DNA of 64,000 nt from NCBI GenBank assembly GCA_963770835.1, contig CAVYRH010000026.1, positions 704,001 through 768,000 on the forward strand, in the 5' to 3' direction. Below the pieces are notes generated by a model. The model ran no database searches. It had not been told where the DNA came from and was given only the letters and a program-made list of their open reading frames with translations. The DNA is from an uncultured Pseudomonadota bacterium. GTDB lineage: Bacteria; Oederibacteriota; Muellerivitia; Muellerivitales; Muellerivitaceae. Position numbers and translations under genes: made by a program. The number at the start of each line of letters is the position of its first letter. The stretch's first letter is position 1. Below are positions 33,345 to 42,835 of this stretch, in pieces.

Positions 33345-34385
33345 ATGGCGAAAATGAAATTGAAGGCGCGGATGAAAACGAACGGGAAGAAGGCCCCGGC
33401 GGCCCAGGTAAAAAAGGCGGCCAAGCCCCAGCCGGACTTCCACTATTACATTCACATCGCCACGACCCCCGAGAAGCTTTGGGAAGCCCTGACGGACAAC
33501 CGGTTCATTCCCCAGTACTTTTTCGGGTATGCCATCCAAAGCGACTGGAAAGTGGGGTCGTCCCTCAGCTTCGTCACGTCCGAGGGGTCGGGGTCCGATT
33601 ACGGGAAAATCACCCTGTGTGAACCCCCAAAGGTGCTGGCCTACACCTTCCAGTGGACTGGCGACAAGTTGAAACGCTCCAAACCGACGGAAGTGAAGTT
33701 CGAGATCCTCCCCATGCTGGGCGGGGTCAAGCTCATGCTGACCCACACCAACCTGCTGGAAGGCGATACAATTGAAAACTCCTTCACCCTGGGCGGGTTG
33801 AACAACGGCTGGCCGGCCATTTTGTCCAACTTGAAGAGCCTCTTGGAAACCGGAAAAACCATCCTGGACATGTCCCAAATGGGCCCGGAGGGCCGCCTAA
33901 AACTTCCCAAAAGCGCCGGAGGCTACATGGACCTCACGACCGAGCCTCAAACCGTGAAGTGGCCGGCTACCCACTATGTTTTCACCGAGAAAGTGGGGCC
34001 TTTCATGGAAACGGCCAAACAGGCCTGGGATGAATTGCACCTGAAGGTTCCGGCCATCCTGGAACACAACAAGATCACGGGATACATGGCCCTCTATAAG
34101 TTCAAGCCGGATACCTACCGGGCCGGCGTGGCAGTGGCTTCGAAACCCAAAAACCTGCCGGAAGGATTCGTTTACGAAAAATTCAAGGGCGGAAAATATG
34201 CCAAGTTCATCCTGACCGGGCCCTATTCGGAACTGCCCGAGGCCTGCGGCTACGTCTTTGATAAGTTTTTGCCTGAGAAAAAAATAAAAATGCGGAACGC
34301 CTGGTGCGTCGAGAATTACACGAACGACCCGAGTAAAACCGCAGAGAAGGACCTTGTCACCGAGATATTGATACCGGTCGCTTAA
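33345..34385 (+). CDS. SRPBCC/AHSA1-like domain fused to a GyrI-like small-molecule-binding domain
   Basis: AAGGAGG RBS before ATG 33345; IATTPEKLWEALTD...GWPAILSNLKSLLETG; then GGKYAKFILTGPYSEL...ENYTNDP...TEILIPV. Confidence 0.8.
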   Translation: MAKMKLKARMKTNGKKAPAAQVKKAAKPQPDFHYYIHIATTPEKLWEALTDNRFIPQYFFGYAIQSDWKVGSSLSFVTSEGSGSDYGKITLCEPPKVLAYTFQWTGDKLKRSKPTEVKFEILPMLGGVKLMLTHTNLLEGDTIENSFTLGGLNNGWPAILSNLKSLLETGKTILDMSQMGPEGRLKLPKSAGGYMDLTTEPQTVKWPATHYVFTEKVGPFMETAKQAWDELHLKVPAILEHNKITGYMALYKFKPDTYRAGVAVASKPKNLPEGFVYEKFKGGKYAKFILTGPYSELPEACGYVFDKFLPEKKIKMRNAWCVENYTNDPSKTAEKDLVTEILIPVA

Positions 34386-34392
34386 GGAAACC

Positions 34393-35061
34393 ATGTCAAA
34401 CGAAGAATGGTCCGCCGTTGACGGCTACATCAATCAACATCTCCTTTCGGAGGACCCGGTCCTGGAAGCGGCCTTGAAGTCCAGCGGGGCGGCGGGGCTG
34501 GACCCCATCAACGTCGCGCCAAACCAGGGAAAGTTCCTCCATCTCCTGGCGAAGATAGGGGGGGCCAAGAACATCCTGGAGATCGGGACCTTGGGGGGCT
34601 ATAGCACCCTTTGGCTGGCGAAAGCCCTGCCCCCCGGCGGCCGGCTGGTGACCCTGGAGATCGATCCGAAGGCCGCCCAATGCGCCCGCGCCAATTTCGC
34701 CAGGGCGGGGTTTGAAAATCGGATCGAGTTGAGGCTGGGGCCCGCCTTGAATTCCCTGGAAAAACTAGTGGAAGAGAAGGCCACCCCCTTCGACCTTATC
34801 TTCATCGATGCCGATAAGCCCACCTATCCCGAGTACCTGAGCTGGTCCCTGAAACTATCCCGGGTGGGAACCGTGATCGTCCTGGATAACATGGTGCGCA
34901 AGGGGGAAGTGGTCACCGCGGCCGAAGACGACCCGAGGGTTGTAGGGGCCCGGCGGACCTATGAGTTGATCTCCAAGGAGCCCCGGTTGAGCGCCACAGG
35001 CCTCCAAACGGTGGGGGTCAAGGGCCACGACGGGTTCGTGATGGCCTTGGTTATTGCCTGA
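34393..35061 (+). CDS. O-methyltransferase (caffeoyl-CoA/COMT-like)
   Basis: ILEIGTLGGYST, FDLIFIDADK, VLDNMVR. Confidence 0.9.
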   Translation: MSNEEWSAVDGYINQHLLSEDPVLEAALKSSGAAGLDPINVAPNQGKFLHLLAKIGGAKNILEIGTLGGYSTLWLAKALPPGGRLVTLEIDPKAAQCARANFARAGFENRIELRLGPALNSLEKLVEEKATPFDLIFIDADKPTYPEYLSWSLKLSRVGTVIVLDNMVRKGEVVTAAEDDPRVVGARRTYELISKEPRLSATGLQTVGVKGHDGFVMALVIA

Positions 35062-35146
35062 AAAGGGTTATGTAAGCAAAGTCCGGTAGGCCATCGCCGG
35101 CTCCACCGAAAGTTAGGTCCTTCCAATAGAAATGGCCTTTTCCGGG

Positions 35147-35695
35147 TCAAACCGTTTCGTAGGCTTTCTTCAACCAGGCCAAGATTTCCGCGTCGATCTG
35201 CCAGGGGTCACTGATCTTCACCCGATGGGTCACCATGGCGTTCCAGGAACCGGAGGCCTCCAGCCGCCCCGACGCCTTCAACCCCTTCAGCTTGATCCCG
35301 ATATCAAAGCGGTCCGCTGAGGAGGGTTGGAGGATGCCGAACTTCTTCCTGCCCCGGTTCAAGTTGATATAAGTCTCGTTGGGCTTGATCTCAACGTCCT
35401 TGCCGAGCTTGGCGATCTTCGCGGCCAGCCCATCGTAGGCTTTCCGCCAGTGGGCCTTCTTGCCCGAAAACAATTTCGAGAGATGGTCCTGGGGGCTGGC
35501 CTTGGCCTCCCCGTGGTGCAGGATCAAATGGGCGATCAGGTGGGCATGGCCGTAGCCCAGGCCGAATTCCCCCTTGAGCCAGGCCATGATCCCCGCGCGG
35601 TCGGCCAAGCCCTTTTTGCCGGCGAGCACCCGGAAATCCTCCGGGGTCTTTCCGGTCTTCGACTTGATGTTATCCAAGTAAGCTTGAAAGGACAT
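35147..35695 (-). CDS. DUF4287/DUF5655-type hypothetical protein
   Basis: MSFQAYLDNIKSKTGKT, WLKGEFGLGYGHA, WLKKAY. Confidence 0.7.
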   Translation of the reverse strand: MSFQAYLDNIKSKTGKTPEDFRVLAGKKGLADRAGIMAWLKGEFGLGYGHAHLIAHLILHHGEAKASPQDHLSKLFSGKKAHWRKAYDGLAAKIAKLGKDVEIKPNETYINLNRGRKKFGILQPSSADRFDIGIKLKGLKASGRLEASGSWNAMVTHRVKISDPWQIDAEILAWLKKAYETV

Positions 35696-35704
35696 GGCGG
35701 CCTC

Positions 35705-36097
35705 CTATTTCCGGACCGGCATGAGCTGCCTCAACCGGTCTTCCCTCAAGTACAGCCCCAGCCAAACCAGCACCCCGAAAACGACCGGGAAGAGGAAAGG
35801 GTGGCCGGGGGCGGCCATCCGCACCATGGAATCGACAGCGCCCCCCAGCCAACCCGTCAACAGAACGGCCCCGAGGATGGACGTTTTAGGAATGGCATAG
35901 AGCAGGGTGCAGAGAAGCACGGTGATGTCCAGCGGAACCGTAACATCGGGCTGGTATCCCCCCTGGGACATGGCCTGCATGACGTGGCTTTCCTGCATCA
36001 CTTTGGTCCCACCGTCGAAAATCAGGAACAGAACGCAAATGGTACTAATGACACGGCCCGTCCAGAGAGCCCCCTTCGAATTTGCATTTGATTGCAT
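35705..36097 (-). CDS. DoxX-family membrane protein
   Basis: LYAIPKTSILGAVLLTGWLGGAV, GLYLREDRLR. Confidence 0.8.
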   Translation of the reverse strand: MQSNANSKGALWTGRVISTICVLFLIFDGGTKVMQESHVMQAMSQGGYQPDVTVPLDITVLLCTLLYAIPKTSILGAVLLTGWLGGAVDSMVRMAAPGHPFLFPVVFGVLVWLGLYLREDRLRQLMPVRK

Positions 36098-36134
36098 GAC
36101 TTTCTCCTCATTTGTTTTTAGCTTCTATTCATAC

Positions 36135-36161
36135 GACGAAGGAGGGGGACGGGAATCGACA
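36135..36161 (-). promoter_or_regulatory. ECF42-type promoter upstream of doxX
   Basis: TGTCGA-17 nt-CGTC on the minus strand. Confidence 0.7.
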
Positions 36162-36228
36162 GGGTGGAGGCTTTTTTCGGATGTCCTAGGGCCTCAAAAT
36201 AAAGGGGATTTAGAGGGCTGAAGCCGGG

Positions 36229-37647
36229 TCATTCTTTGGCGAGGGGCTCGTCGGGCCCCATTTCCAGGGAGTTTTCCACAAAGGTTTGAGGCTCCGCCGT
36301 TTCGCGGTAACTGTGCAGGTACAGGGCCCCGCCCGCCACCAAAACAATCGAGAACAGGAAAAAAATATTGCTGTAAGCGTGGCCCTTGGGGGATGTGAAA
36401 ATCGGGAAAAACGCGAACTCCAGCCACTTGCCATCGAGGATCTTTCCCACCAGGGCGGTCCCCACGGCGCCGGAAATGATGCCGATTAGGTTGAAGACCC
36501 CCATCCCCACGCCGGTTTCGTGATCCGCCAGCGTTTGGGACACGCTGTTAATCATGGCGGTTTGGAAGAGCGTAAAGCCGACATAGATCAACAACATGGT
36601 GAAAACAATAAAGAGGGGGGGCAGGGCCAGCAGCAAGGACATTGCGATCATGCCGGCCATCATCAAGACCAAACCGATAGACACCACGAAGCTGTTACCC
36701 TTGCGGTCGGCCAGGGTTCCGGCGATACGCCCGAAGAACACTGAACTGATGGCTCCCGGGAACAGAATCAGGCCGATTTGGCTGGTGGTCAACCCGTGGA
36801 TCTCATGGAGCATCAGGGGAACGAGGAACATGACTCCCAAGACAGCCGAGAAAAGGGTGAAGCCTACGATGACGCCGTCGCGAAACTTGGTGTTCCTGAA
36901 TAGGCCCGGCTTGATAAAGGGTTCCTCGACCGCGTGGATGCGCCAGATGAACAAGGCCAGGAAACAAGCGAAAGCCGAAAGGTAGTACCACTGGCTGAAG
37001 TTCAGGTAAATAACGAGGGTGCCGACCGTGAGCGCCACCAGGACGGCCCCGGGGATATCCACCTTTCCTTCCCGGCGCGGCTCCTCGGGCAGCTCCCTCA
37101 GGAAAGCCGGAATCGAAACCAGGGTCAGAAGAGGGATCAGGAAAAGATAGGACCAATGCAGCGAACCCGAGACAAAGCCGCCCAGGACCGGGCCCAGCCC
37201 GATGCCGAAGGAAACGGTGGAGGTGATGGTGCCGAAGACCTTGCCCCTTTCGGAGACCGGGAAGTAACGGGCAATGGCCGCGAAGACCAGGGCGGGAATG
37301 GCGGAGGCCCCGATGCCCTGGATGGACCGGGACAGGATGACCAGGGGATAGGAAAACCTCAGGAGGAAACCCATCAGGGAACCGACGTTGTAGACCACCG
37401 TCCCGATGATAATCAAGCGCTTCAAGCTGTAGATGTCCGAAAGGTTCCCGAAAATGACCGAGCCGATCCCGAAGAGCACCATGAAGATCGTCATCATCCA
37501 GCTGACGCCCGAGGGCCCCAGGCCGAATTGCTCGGCGATCTTGGGTGTGGAAACGTTGAAGACCGTTTCGTTCACGACCGTGAAGAAAATCAAGTAGTTG
37601 ATCCAGGGGACCAGCTTTTTAGGGTTGAAAGTTTGCCCGGTACTCAA
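36229..37647 (-). CDS. MFS drug:H+ antiporter, Tet(K)/Tet(L)-like 14-TM type
   Basis: FFTVVNETVFNVSTPKIA resembles the Tet(L)/(K) TM1; GNLSDIYSLKR motif A; probable TTG start at 37647. Confidence 0.75.
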   Translation of the reverse strand: MSTGQTFNPKKLVPWINYLIFFTVVNETVFNVSTPKIAEQFGLGPSGVSWMMTIFMVLFGIGSVIFGNLSDIYSLKRLIIIGTVVYNVGSLMGFLLRFSYPLVILSRSIQGIGASAIPALVFAAIARYFPVSERGKVFGTITSTVSFGIGLGPVLGGFVSGSLHWSYLFLIPLLTLVSIPAFLRELPEEPRREGKVDIPGAVLVALTVGTLVIYLNFSQWYYLSAFACFLALFIWRIHAVEEPFIKPGLFRNTKFRDGVIVGFTLFSAVLGVMFLVPLMLHEIHGLTTSQIGLILFPGAISSVFFGRIAGTLADRKGNSFVVSIGLVLMMAGMIAMSLLLALPPLFIVFTMLLIYVGFTLFQTAMINSVSQTLADHETGVGMGVFNLIGIISGAVGTALVGKILDGKWLEFAFFPIFTSPKGHAYSNIFFLFSIVLVAGGALYLHSYRETAEPQTFVENSLEMGPDEPLAKE

Positions 37648-37753
37648 GGATCGTCCTTTTAGGGTAGTGAAATTTACAGGTTTCGGCGATTCGTTTTCAA
37701 GATGGGCGAAGAGCTTAATTTCTATCCGGGAGGAAGCCCGCTCCCTTATCCCC

Positions 37754-39028
37754 CTACGCCAAGGCTCCGGGGGGCAGGGCGGCGGCGCGCTTGAGGAGCA
37801 TCCGCTTTTCGCTTTCATTCTGGGTAAGGCCGGCCGCACGCTCCATCTCGGCCCTTGCCTCGTCGAAACGGCCCAGCTTGGCCAAAAAGTCGCCACGCAC
37901 GCTGGGTAGGAGATGGTAATTCTTAAGCGTGGGCTCGGCGGAGAGCTTGTCGATAAGCTCCAGCCCCACGGCGGGCCCGAAGGCCATGGAAAGCGCCACG
38001 GCCCGGTTCAATTCGACAATGGGGGAGGGAGTCAGCCGGGCCAACTCATCGTAAAGGGTGGCGATCCGCTTCCAGTCCGTTTCCTCGGCCGCTTTCGCCC
38101 GGGCGTGGCAGGCGGCGATGGAGGCCTGCAAAACGTAGGAACTTTTTGGGCGGCCCAGGGCTTCAGCCCGCTCCAGGGCGGCCAGCCCCCGGCGGATGAG
38201 CAGGTGGTCCCAGCGCGAGCGGTTCTGGTCGAGAAGCAGGATGGGTTCTCCCCCGGGGCCCACGCGTGCCCCCAAACGGGAGGCTTGGATTTCCATGAGG
38301 GCCACCAGGCCGTGGACCTCGGGCTCCAGGGGCGCCAACTCCGCCAGGATGCGGCCCAGGCGAAGGGCGTCCTCGCAAAGTCCCGGCCTTACCCAGTCGG
38401 TCCCGGCGGTGGCCGAATAGCCTTCGTTGAAGATGAGGTAGAGAACCTCCAGCACCGAGGAAAGGCGTCCCGCCAACTCCTCACCCCGGGGAACCTCGAA
38501 GGGGACATTGGCCTCGGCCAGGGCTTTTTTGGCCCGTACGATGCGCTGGGCCACGGTGGGTTCCGGCACCAGGAAGGCCCGGGCGATCTCCTGGGTGGTC
38601 AGGCCCCCCAAAAGCCGCAGGGTCAGCGCCACGCGGCCCTCGGGGGGAAGGACAGGGTGGCAGGAGATGAAGACCAGGCGCAGCATGTCGTCGCCGATGT
38701 TGTCGTCCATCTCCTCGCCGAATTCCTTCCAGGTCCTTTCCATGCGCTCATCCATCGCCCGGCCCAGCTCGTTGTGCTTGCGCTCCAGCATCGATTTGCG
38801 GCGCAGTAGGTCCAGGGCCTTATTCTTGGCAGTGGTCATCAGCCAGGCGCCCGGTTTTTCCGGGATGCCCGCCTGGGGCCACTTCTCCAGCGCGGCCACC
38901 AGGGCCTCCTGGGCGAAATCCTCCGCCAGGCCCACGTCCCGCACCATGCGGGTGAGGGCGGCGATGATCCTGGCCGATTCGATGCGCCAGACGGCCTCGA
39001 TGGCCTTATAGGTGTTGGAATCCGTCAA
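37754..39028 (-). CDS. ECF42-type RNA polymerase sigma factor with C-terminal TPR/DUF6596 extension
   Basis: LAEDFAQEAL, DDMLRLVFISCHP, QRIVRAK, YLIFNEGY, LLLDQNRSRWD; TTG start with GGAGG RBS. Confidence 0.88.
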   Translation of the reverse strand: MTDSNTYKAIEAVWRIESARIIAALTRMVRDVGLAEDFAQEALVAALEKWPQAGIPEKPGAWLMTTAKNKALDLLRRKSMLERKHNELGRAMDERMERTWKEFGEEMDDNIGDDMLRLVFISCHPVLPPEGRVALTLRLLGGLTTQEIARAFLVPEPTVAQRIVRAKKALAEANVPFEVPRGEELAGRLSSVLEVLYLIFNEGYSATAGTDWVRPGLCEDALRLGRILAELAPLEPEVHGLVALMEIQASRLGARVGPGGEPILLLDQNRSRWDHLLIRRGLAALERAEALGRPKSSYVLQASIAACHARAKAAEETDWKRIATLYDELARLTPSPIVELNRAVALSMAFGPAVGLELIDKLSAEPTLKNYHLLPSVRGDFLAKLGRFDEARAEMERAAGLTQNESEKRMLLKRAAALPPGALA

Positions 39029-39080
39029 CTCAGCCGGTCCTCCGGTGATGTTACAATTTGAATTGGACGACCTAAAGGCA

Positions 39081-39167
39081 CCCCTCACCCTACCCTCTCC
39101 CCCAAGGGGCGAGGGTTTTTAGTGGTATTTCTCCCTCTCCCTTGAGGGGAGAGGGCAGGGTGAGGGT
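39081..39167. repeat. REP-like palindromic element (CCCTCTCCC/GGGAGAGGG type)
   Basis: cccctcaccctaccctctcccccaaggggcgaggg...ccctctcccttgaggggagagggcagggtgaggg. Confidence 0.75.
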
Positions 39168-39213
39168 GGAGTAACAATTTATTTTCAAACTGAGACACTG
39201 CCCGTCCTCCTGT

Positions 39214-39615
39214 TTATTTCATGCCCGGAATTTTCTTGGCCGCTTCCTGGATCTCGGGCGGGAAGTCGGTCATTTCGTGGATCTGCCGGACCTCGACCGT
39301 CTCCTCACCCAGGAAGGGAACGCGTGAAGCCCACTCGACGGCTTCCTCTTTCGATTTGACCTGGATGATCCAATAACCGCCGATGGATTCCTTAGCCTCA
39401 GTGAAGGGGCCATCGGCCACCGTGGGCTTTCCGCCCTTATAAGAAACGCGGGTTCCCGCGGAGGGGGGATGGAGGCCGTTGAGCTCCAGGAGCACCCCGG
39501 CTTTTTGCAAACTCTCGTTGTACTTCATCATCAATTCCATCTGCTTGGGGTCCGGCATGGCGTCCGGAGCGGCCTTCCCGTAATTGGGCGGTATCACCAG
39601 CATCATGAATTTCAT
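39214..39615 (-). CDS. YciI/DGPF-family protein
   Basis: DGPFTEAKESIGGYW, EVRQI. Confidence 0.9.
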   Translation of the reverse strand: MKFMMLVIPPNYGKAAPDAMPDPKQMELMMKYNESLQKAGVLLELNGLHPPSAGTRVSYKGGKPTVADGPFTEAKESIGGYWIIQVKSKEEAVEWASRVPFLGEETVEVRQIHEMTDFPPEIQEAAKKIPGMK

Positions 39616-39685
39616 TTTCTGCCTCCTTGTTGTTTTAGGGTGCGTATGGCCGGGCTTTGCCGCCCGGCCGGGTTGGATCAGCTCT

Positions 39686-40156
39686 TCAGTTGGGTTTTAC
39701 ATACTTCAGATCGAAGTCGCGCTCCCAAGTTTCACCGTCCGCCGACTTCTCCCAATGCGCCTCGACTTCGCGGCCATCGGCGCTGATACGCCCCTCGAAC
39801 CGCTGATTGAACCCTGGCGCGTTCCTCCAAATCCGCCAGATACGGTTTTCGAGGCTCATTTGATAAACTCGCGAAACGCCGCGTTTGTCCGCGTAGAGGA
39901 TCGAGTACTCTCCCGAAGTCTCGTCGCGTCCCATAAGCCAGCGGGCATCCGGAAGGCCGTCGGCACCCTCCTGGTATTGGACGAGGAAGTGTCCATCCTC
40001 AATCCATTCGAAGCTCGTGGTCCCCTGGATTGTGGCGGGACCACCGACCAGCTTGTGGGTCTTCGGCGACCAACGAATCTCCACGTCCCACCGGCCGGAA
40101 AACATCTCGAGCGGTTTGAGGGAGTGGTTCGATACCATTATTTTCTTTGCGCCCAT
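39686..40156 (-). CDS. Hypothetical beta-barrel protein (DUF1579-like)
   Basis: AGGAGG RBS before ATG 40156; GRW, YADKRGVSRVY, WEKSADGETWERDF. Confidence 0.6.
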   Translation of the reverse strand: MGAKKIMVSNHSLKPLEMFSGRWDVEIRWSPKTHKLVGGPATIQGTTSFEWIEDGHFLVQYQEGADGLPDARWLMGRDETSGEYSILYADKRGVSRVYQMSLENRIWRIWRNAPGFNQRFEGRISADGREVEAHWEKSADGETWERDFDLKYVKPN

Positions 40157-40223
40157 CTGCTCCTCCTTCAATGTTTTTAGCGGGTCCGTAAGGCCGGGTT
40201 TTCGCAAGCCCAGCCGGGTTAAA

Positions 40224-40571
40224 TCAGCCCTTTAGCGCCGGTTGGGGGATCTCCCTCATCTCGGAAAAACCCTCGCCCGCGATTTCGATGAAGCGCTTGC
40301 CCCATTTCACAGCCTCTTCCTTCGACTTCACCTCGAAAATCGCGAAACCCGCGACGACTTCCTTGGCCTCGGTGTAGGGCCCGTCGGTGACGGTCACCTT
40401 GCCCTTGGAATTCGTGACCACGATGGCCGGGGCCTTCATGTCCCACCCGCCTGTATCCTGCAATACCCCCGCCTTCACCATTTCATCGATCAGCTTCCCC
40501 ATTTCGGCGTAATGTTCCGGTTTCGGGGGAGCGGCGGTCTTCACGGGGTGCCACAAAGCCATATAACGCAT
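40224..40571 (-). CDS. YciI/DGPF-family protein
   Basis: DGPYTEAKEVVAGF. Confidence 0.88.
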   Translation of the reverse strand: MRYMALWHPVKTAAPPKPEHYAEMGKLIDEMVKAGVLQDTGGWDMKAPAIVVTNSKGKVTVTDGPYTEAKEVVAGFAIFEVKSKEEAVKWGKRFIEIAGEGFSEMREIPQPALKG

Positions 40572-40650
40572 GACCTGCCTCCTTCAATTTGGTTTCAGAG
40601 CGGGGTCCCCCCACCTTCTGACTAGGGGTTCGATCCGCCTCCATCTATAC

Positions 40651-40677
40651 AACGAACCAGGGTTGGTGAAATCGACA
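40651..40677 (-). promoter_or_regulatory. ECF42-type promoter of the leftward yciI-ECF operon
   Basis: TGTCGA-17 nt-CGTT on the minus strand. Confidence 0.7.
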
Positions 40678-40899
40678 ATCCTCCAGGGAAAGAATTCGGA
40701 CCCGTTTTCAACAATTTTTCGCAGAATCGGGGCCTTTTATCAATAGTCCGGCACCAGCTTTTAGTGAATGGAAACCCACCCGTAAAAGCAAAAAAACCCG
40801 GCTTGTCCCCAAGCGGGCTTCTTTTTATACTCCCCCCATCCAAAGCACCGAACCGCTGTTTTCGCCAGGGTGGGAAAAACCGGAATCAAAGGGGCTGAA

Positions 40900-41325
40900 A
40901 TGATAACCTCCAAAACCATCCTCGTGGTGGAGGATGACACCCAGCTTCGACTGATCGTGAAAAAATCCCTGGAAATGTACGGTTATTCGGTGATCCCCGC
41001 CGAGGACTCCGTGGAGGCCAATGCGGTGGCCCGCATGCGGGGGGGCATCGTGGACCTTCTTATAGCGGATATCAACCTGCCCGGCTTGTCGGGCGGCGAA
41101 TACGCGGATTACCTGAAAGCCATCAATCCCAACTTGAAAATCATTTACATGTCCGGCGCCCCCGATGACATCCTGGTCCGCCATCACCTTAGGAGCAAGG
41201 CCGCGTCATTCCTCGCCAAGCCTTTCACCCCGCAGGAACTGGTCGTGGCGGTAAAGAAGGCCCTGGGGGAAATCCCCGACCTGCCCCCTGAAAAAGAAGC
41301 TAACCCTAAGACGGTGAATCCCTAA
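40900..41325 (+). CDS. Single-domain response regulator (receiver)
   Basis: ILVVEDD, LLIADINLPG, YMSG, KPF. Confidence 0.88.
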   Translation: MITSKTILVVEDDTQLRLIVKKSLEMYGYSVIPAEDSVEANAVARMRGGIVDLLIADINLPGLSGGEYADYLKAINPNLKIIYMSGAPDDILVRHHLRSKAASFLAKPFTPQELVVAVKKALGEIPDLPPEKEANPKTVNP

Positions 41326-41342
41326 TCCCCTCAACTTGACCC

Positions 41343-41930
41343 ATGCCCCAAAAATCCGGTCTCGACATCCTCGCCTTCAAATCCCCCGGCGCTTGGGAAA
41401 ATTGGCTGGCGAAGAACCATACCAAATCCAAGGGCCTCTGGCTGAAAATCTTCAAGAAAGATTCTGGGAAACCCAGTATCACCTACTCCGAAGCCCTCGA
41501 CGGGGCCCTGTGTTACGGCTGGATCGACGGCCAAAAGGACCGCCATGACGGGGAAGCCTGGCTCCAGCGGTTCAGCCCGCGAAGGCCGAAAAGCGTCTGG
41601 TCCCAGGTCAACACCGGCCACGTGATGAGGCTCACCCAAGAAGGCCGGATGAAACCGGCGGGCCTGAGGGAAGTGGAAGCCGCCAAGAAGGACGGTAGGT
41701 GGAAAAAAGCCTATCCCGCCCAAAGCAAGGCAACTTACCCCAAGGATTTCCTCGCGGAAGTGAAGAAGAACAAGAAGGCCCTGGCTTTCCTAGAAAGCTT
41801 GGACAGGATTAACCGTTTCGCCATCATCTACCGGCTTCACGCCGCCAAAAAGCCCGAAACCCGCGAAAAACGCCTCAAACAATACGTCGCCATGATGGCC
41901 AAGGGTGAGAAGCTTTATCCTCAAGCCTAG
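41343..41930 (+). CDS. YdeI/OmpD-associated family protein
   Basis: ALCYGWIDG, FSPRRPKSVWS, AKKPETREKR. Confidence 0.88.
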   Translation: MPQKSGLDILAFKSPGAWENWLAKNHTKSKGLWLKIFKKDSGKPSITYSEALDGALCYGWIDGQKDRHDGEAWLQRFSPRRPKSVWSQVNTGHVMRLTQEGRMKPAGLREVEAAKKDGRWKKAYPAQSKATYPKDFLAEVKKNKKALAFLESLDRINRFAIIYRLHAAKKPETREKRLKQYVAMMAKGEKLYPQA

Positions 41931-41996
41931 CTGTTATTCCTAGGATCAGAGCCGATAGGGGCTGAACCTCGCAATGCAAACTTGATCCTTTTCCTA

Positions 41997-42023
41997 TGTC
42001 CGGGTTTGGTTTTGGCCTTCGTC
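41997..42023 (+). promoter_or_regulatory. ECF42-type promoter variant of the rightward yciI-yciI-ECF operon
   Basis: TGTCCG-17 nt-CGTC. Confidence 0.65.
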
Positions 42024-42079
42024 GTATGGTATGAAGGCTCCTGAACGGGCCTTCTACCAAGGTTTAAAGGAGACGAGTC

Positions 42080-42433
42080 ATGGCCGATTTCGTGTATTTG
42101 TTCTGGAACCAAAAAGAAGACGCGCAAAGGATGGCGAAGGCTACCCCGGAAGAGCGGCAGAAGATCACCGGGCGCTGGATGGCCTGGCTGGAAGAACTCA
42201 AGAAAAAGGGCCACGTCAAGGATATGGGCGCGCCCCTGGAATTCATGGGAAAGATGCTCCAAGGCGCCCAAAAACGGGTGACTGACGGTCCCTACCCGGA
42301 AATCAAGGACGTCATCGGGGGCTTCTCCCTGATCACGGCCAAGAACCTGGACGAGGCCGCCGAACTGGCCAAGGGTTGCCCCATCCTGGAACTGGGCGGC
42401 CAGGTTGAGGTCCGTCCCATCCGCCCCATGTAA
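42080..42433 (+). CDS. YciI/DGPF-family protein
   Basis: DGPYPEIKDVIGGF, CP...VEVRP. Confidence 0.88.
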   Translation: MADFVYLFWNQKEDAQRMAKATPEERQKITGRWMAWLEELKKKGHVKDMGAPLEFMGKMLQGAQKRVTDGPYPEIKDVIGGFSLITAKNLDEAAELAKGCPILELGGQVEVRPIRPM

Positions 42434-42478
42434 TCCAAGCCGTTACTCACCACCTTCACCTAAAAAAGGAGACTCAAG

Positions 42479-42823
42479 ATGCCTAAATTCCTATATCTGT
42501 TCTGGAACAAACCCTCGAATTGGGCGGCCCAATCCCCCGAGGATATGGAACGCCGCATGAAGAAGTGGATGGGCTGGATGGATTCCCTGAGGGCTTCGGG
42601 CCATTTTACCGGCGCGGGCGAACGGCTGGAGGATACCGGAAGCCTGGTGCGGGGCAAGGCCAAGTCCGTCACCGACGGGCCCTATGCCGAGGCCAAGGAC
42701 ACGATCGGCGGCTATATCGTGGTCGAGGCTAAGGACCTGAAAGAAGCTGTGGAATTGTCCAAGGGTTGTCCCGTGCTGGAAGGGGACGGCCTGGTCGAGG
42801 TGCGGCCCGTGGCATCCATGTAA
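42479..42823 (+). CDS. YciI/DGPF-family protein
   Basis: DGPYAEAKDTIGGY, CP...VEVRP. Confidence 0.88.
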   Translation: MPKFLYLFWNKPSNWAAQSPEDMERRMKKWMGWMDSLRASGHFTGAGERLEDTGSLVRGKAKSVTDGPYAEAKDTIGGYIVVEAKDLKEAVELSKGCPVLEGDGLVEVRPVASM

Positions 42824-42835
42824 GGACCGGTTTTC

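Noticed and set aside
37648..37896. N-terminal extension of the MFS ORF
   Set aside because: Overlaps the sigma gene; family similarity begins near TTG 37647
39029..39088. Longer start for the ECF sigma
   Set aside because: Runs into the REP element; GGAGG precedes TTG 39028
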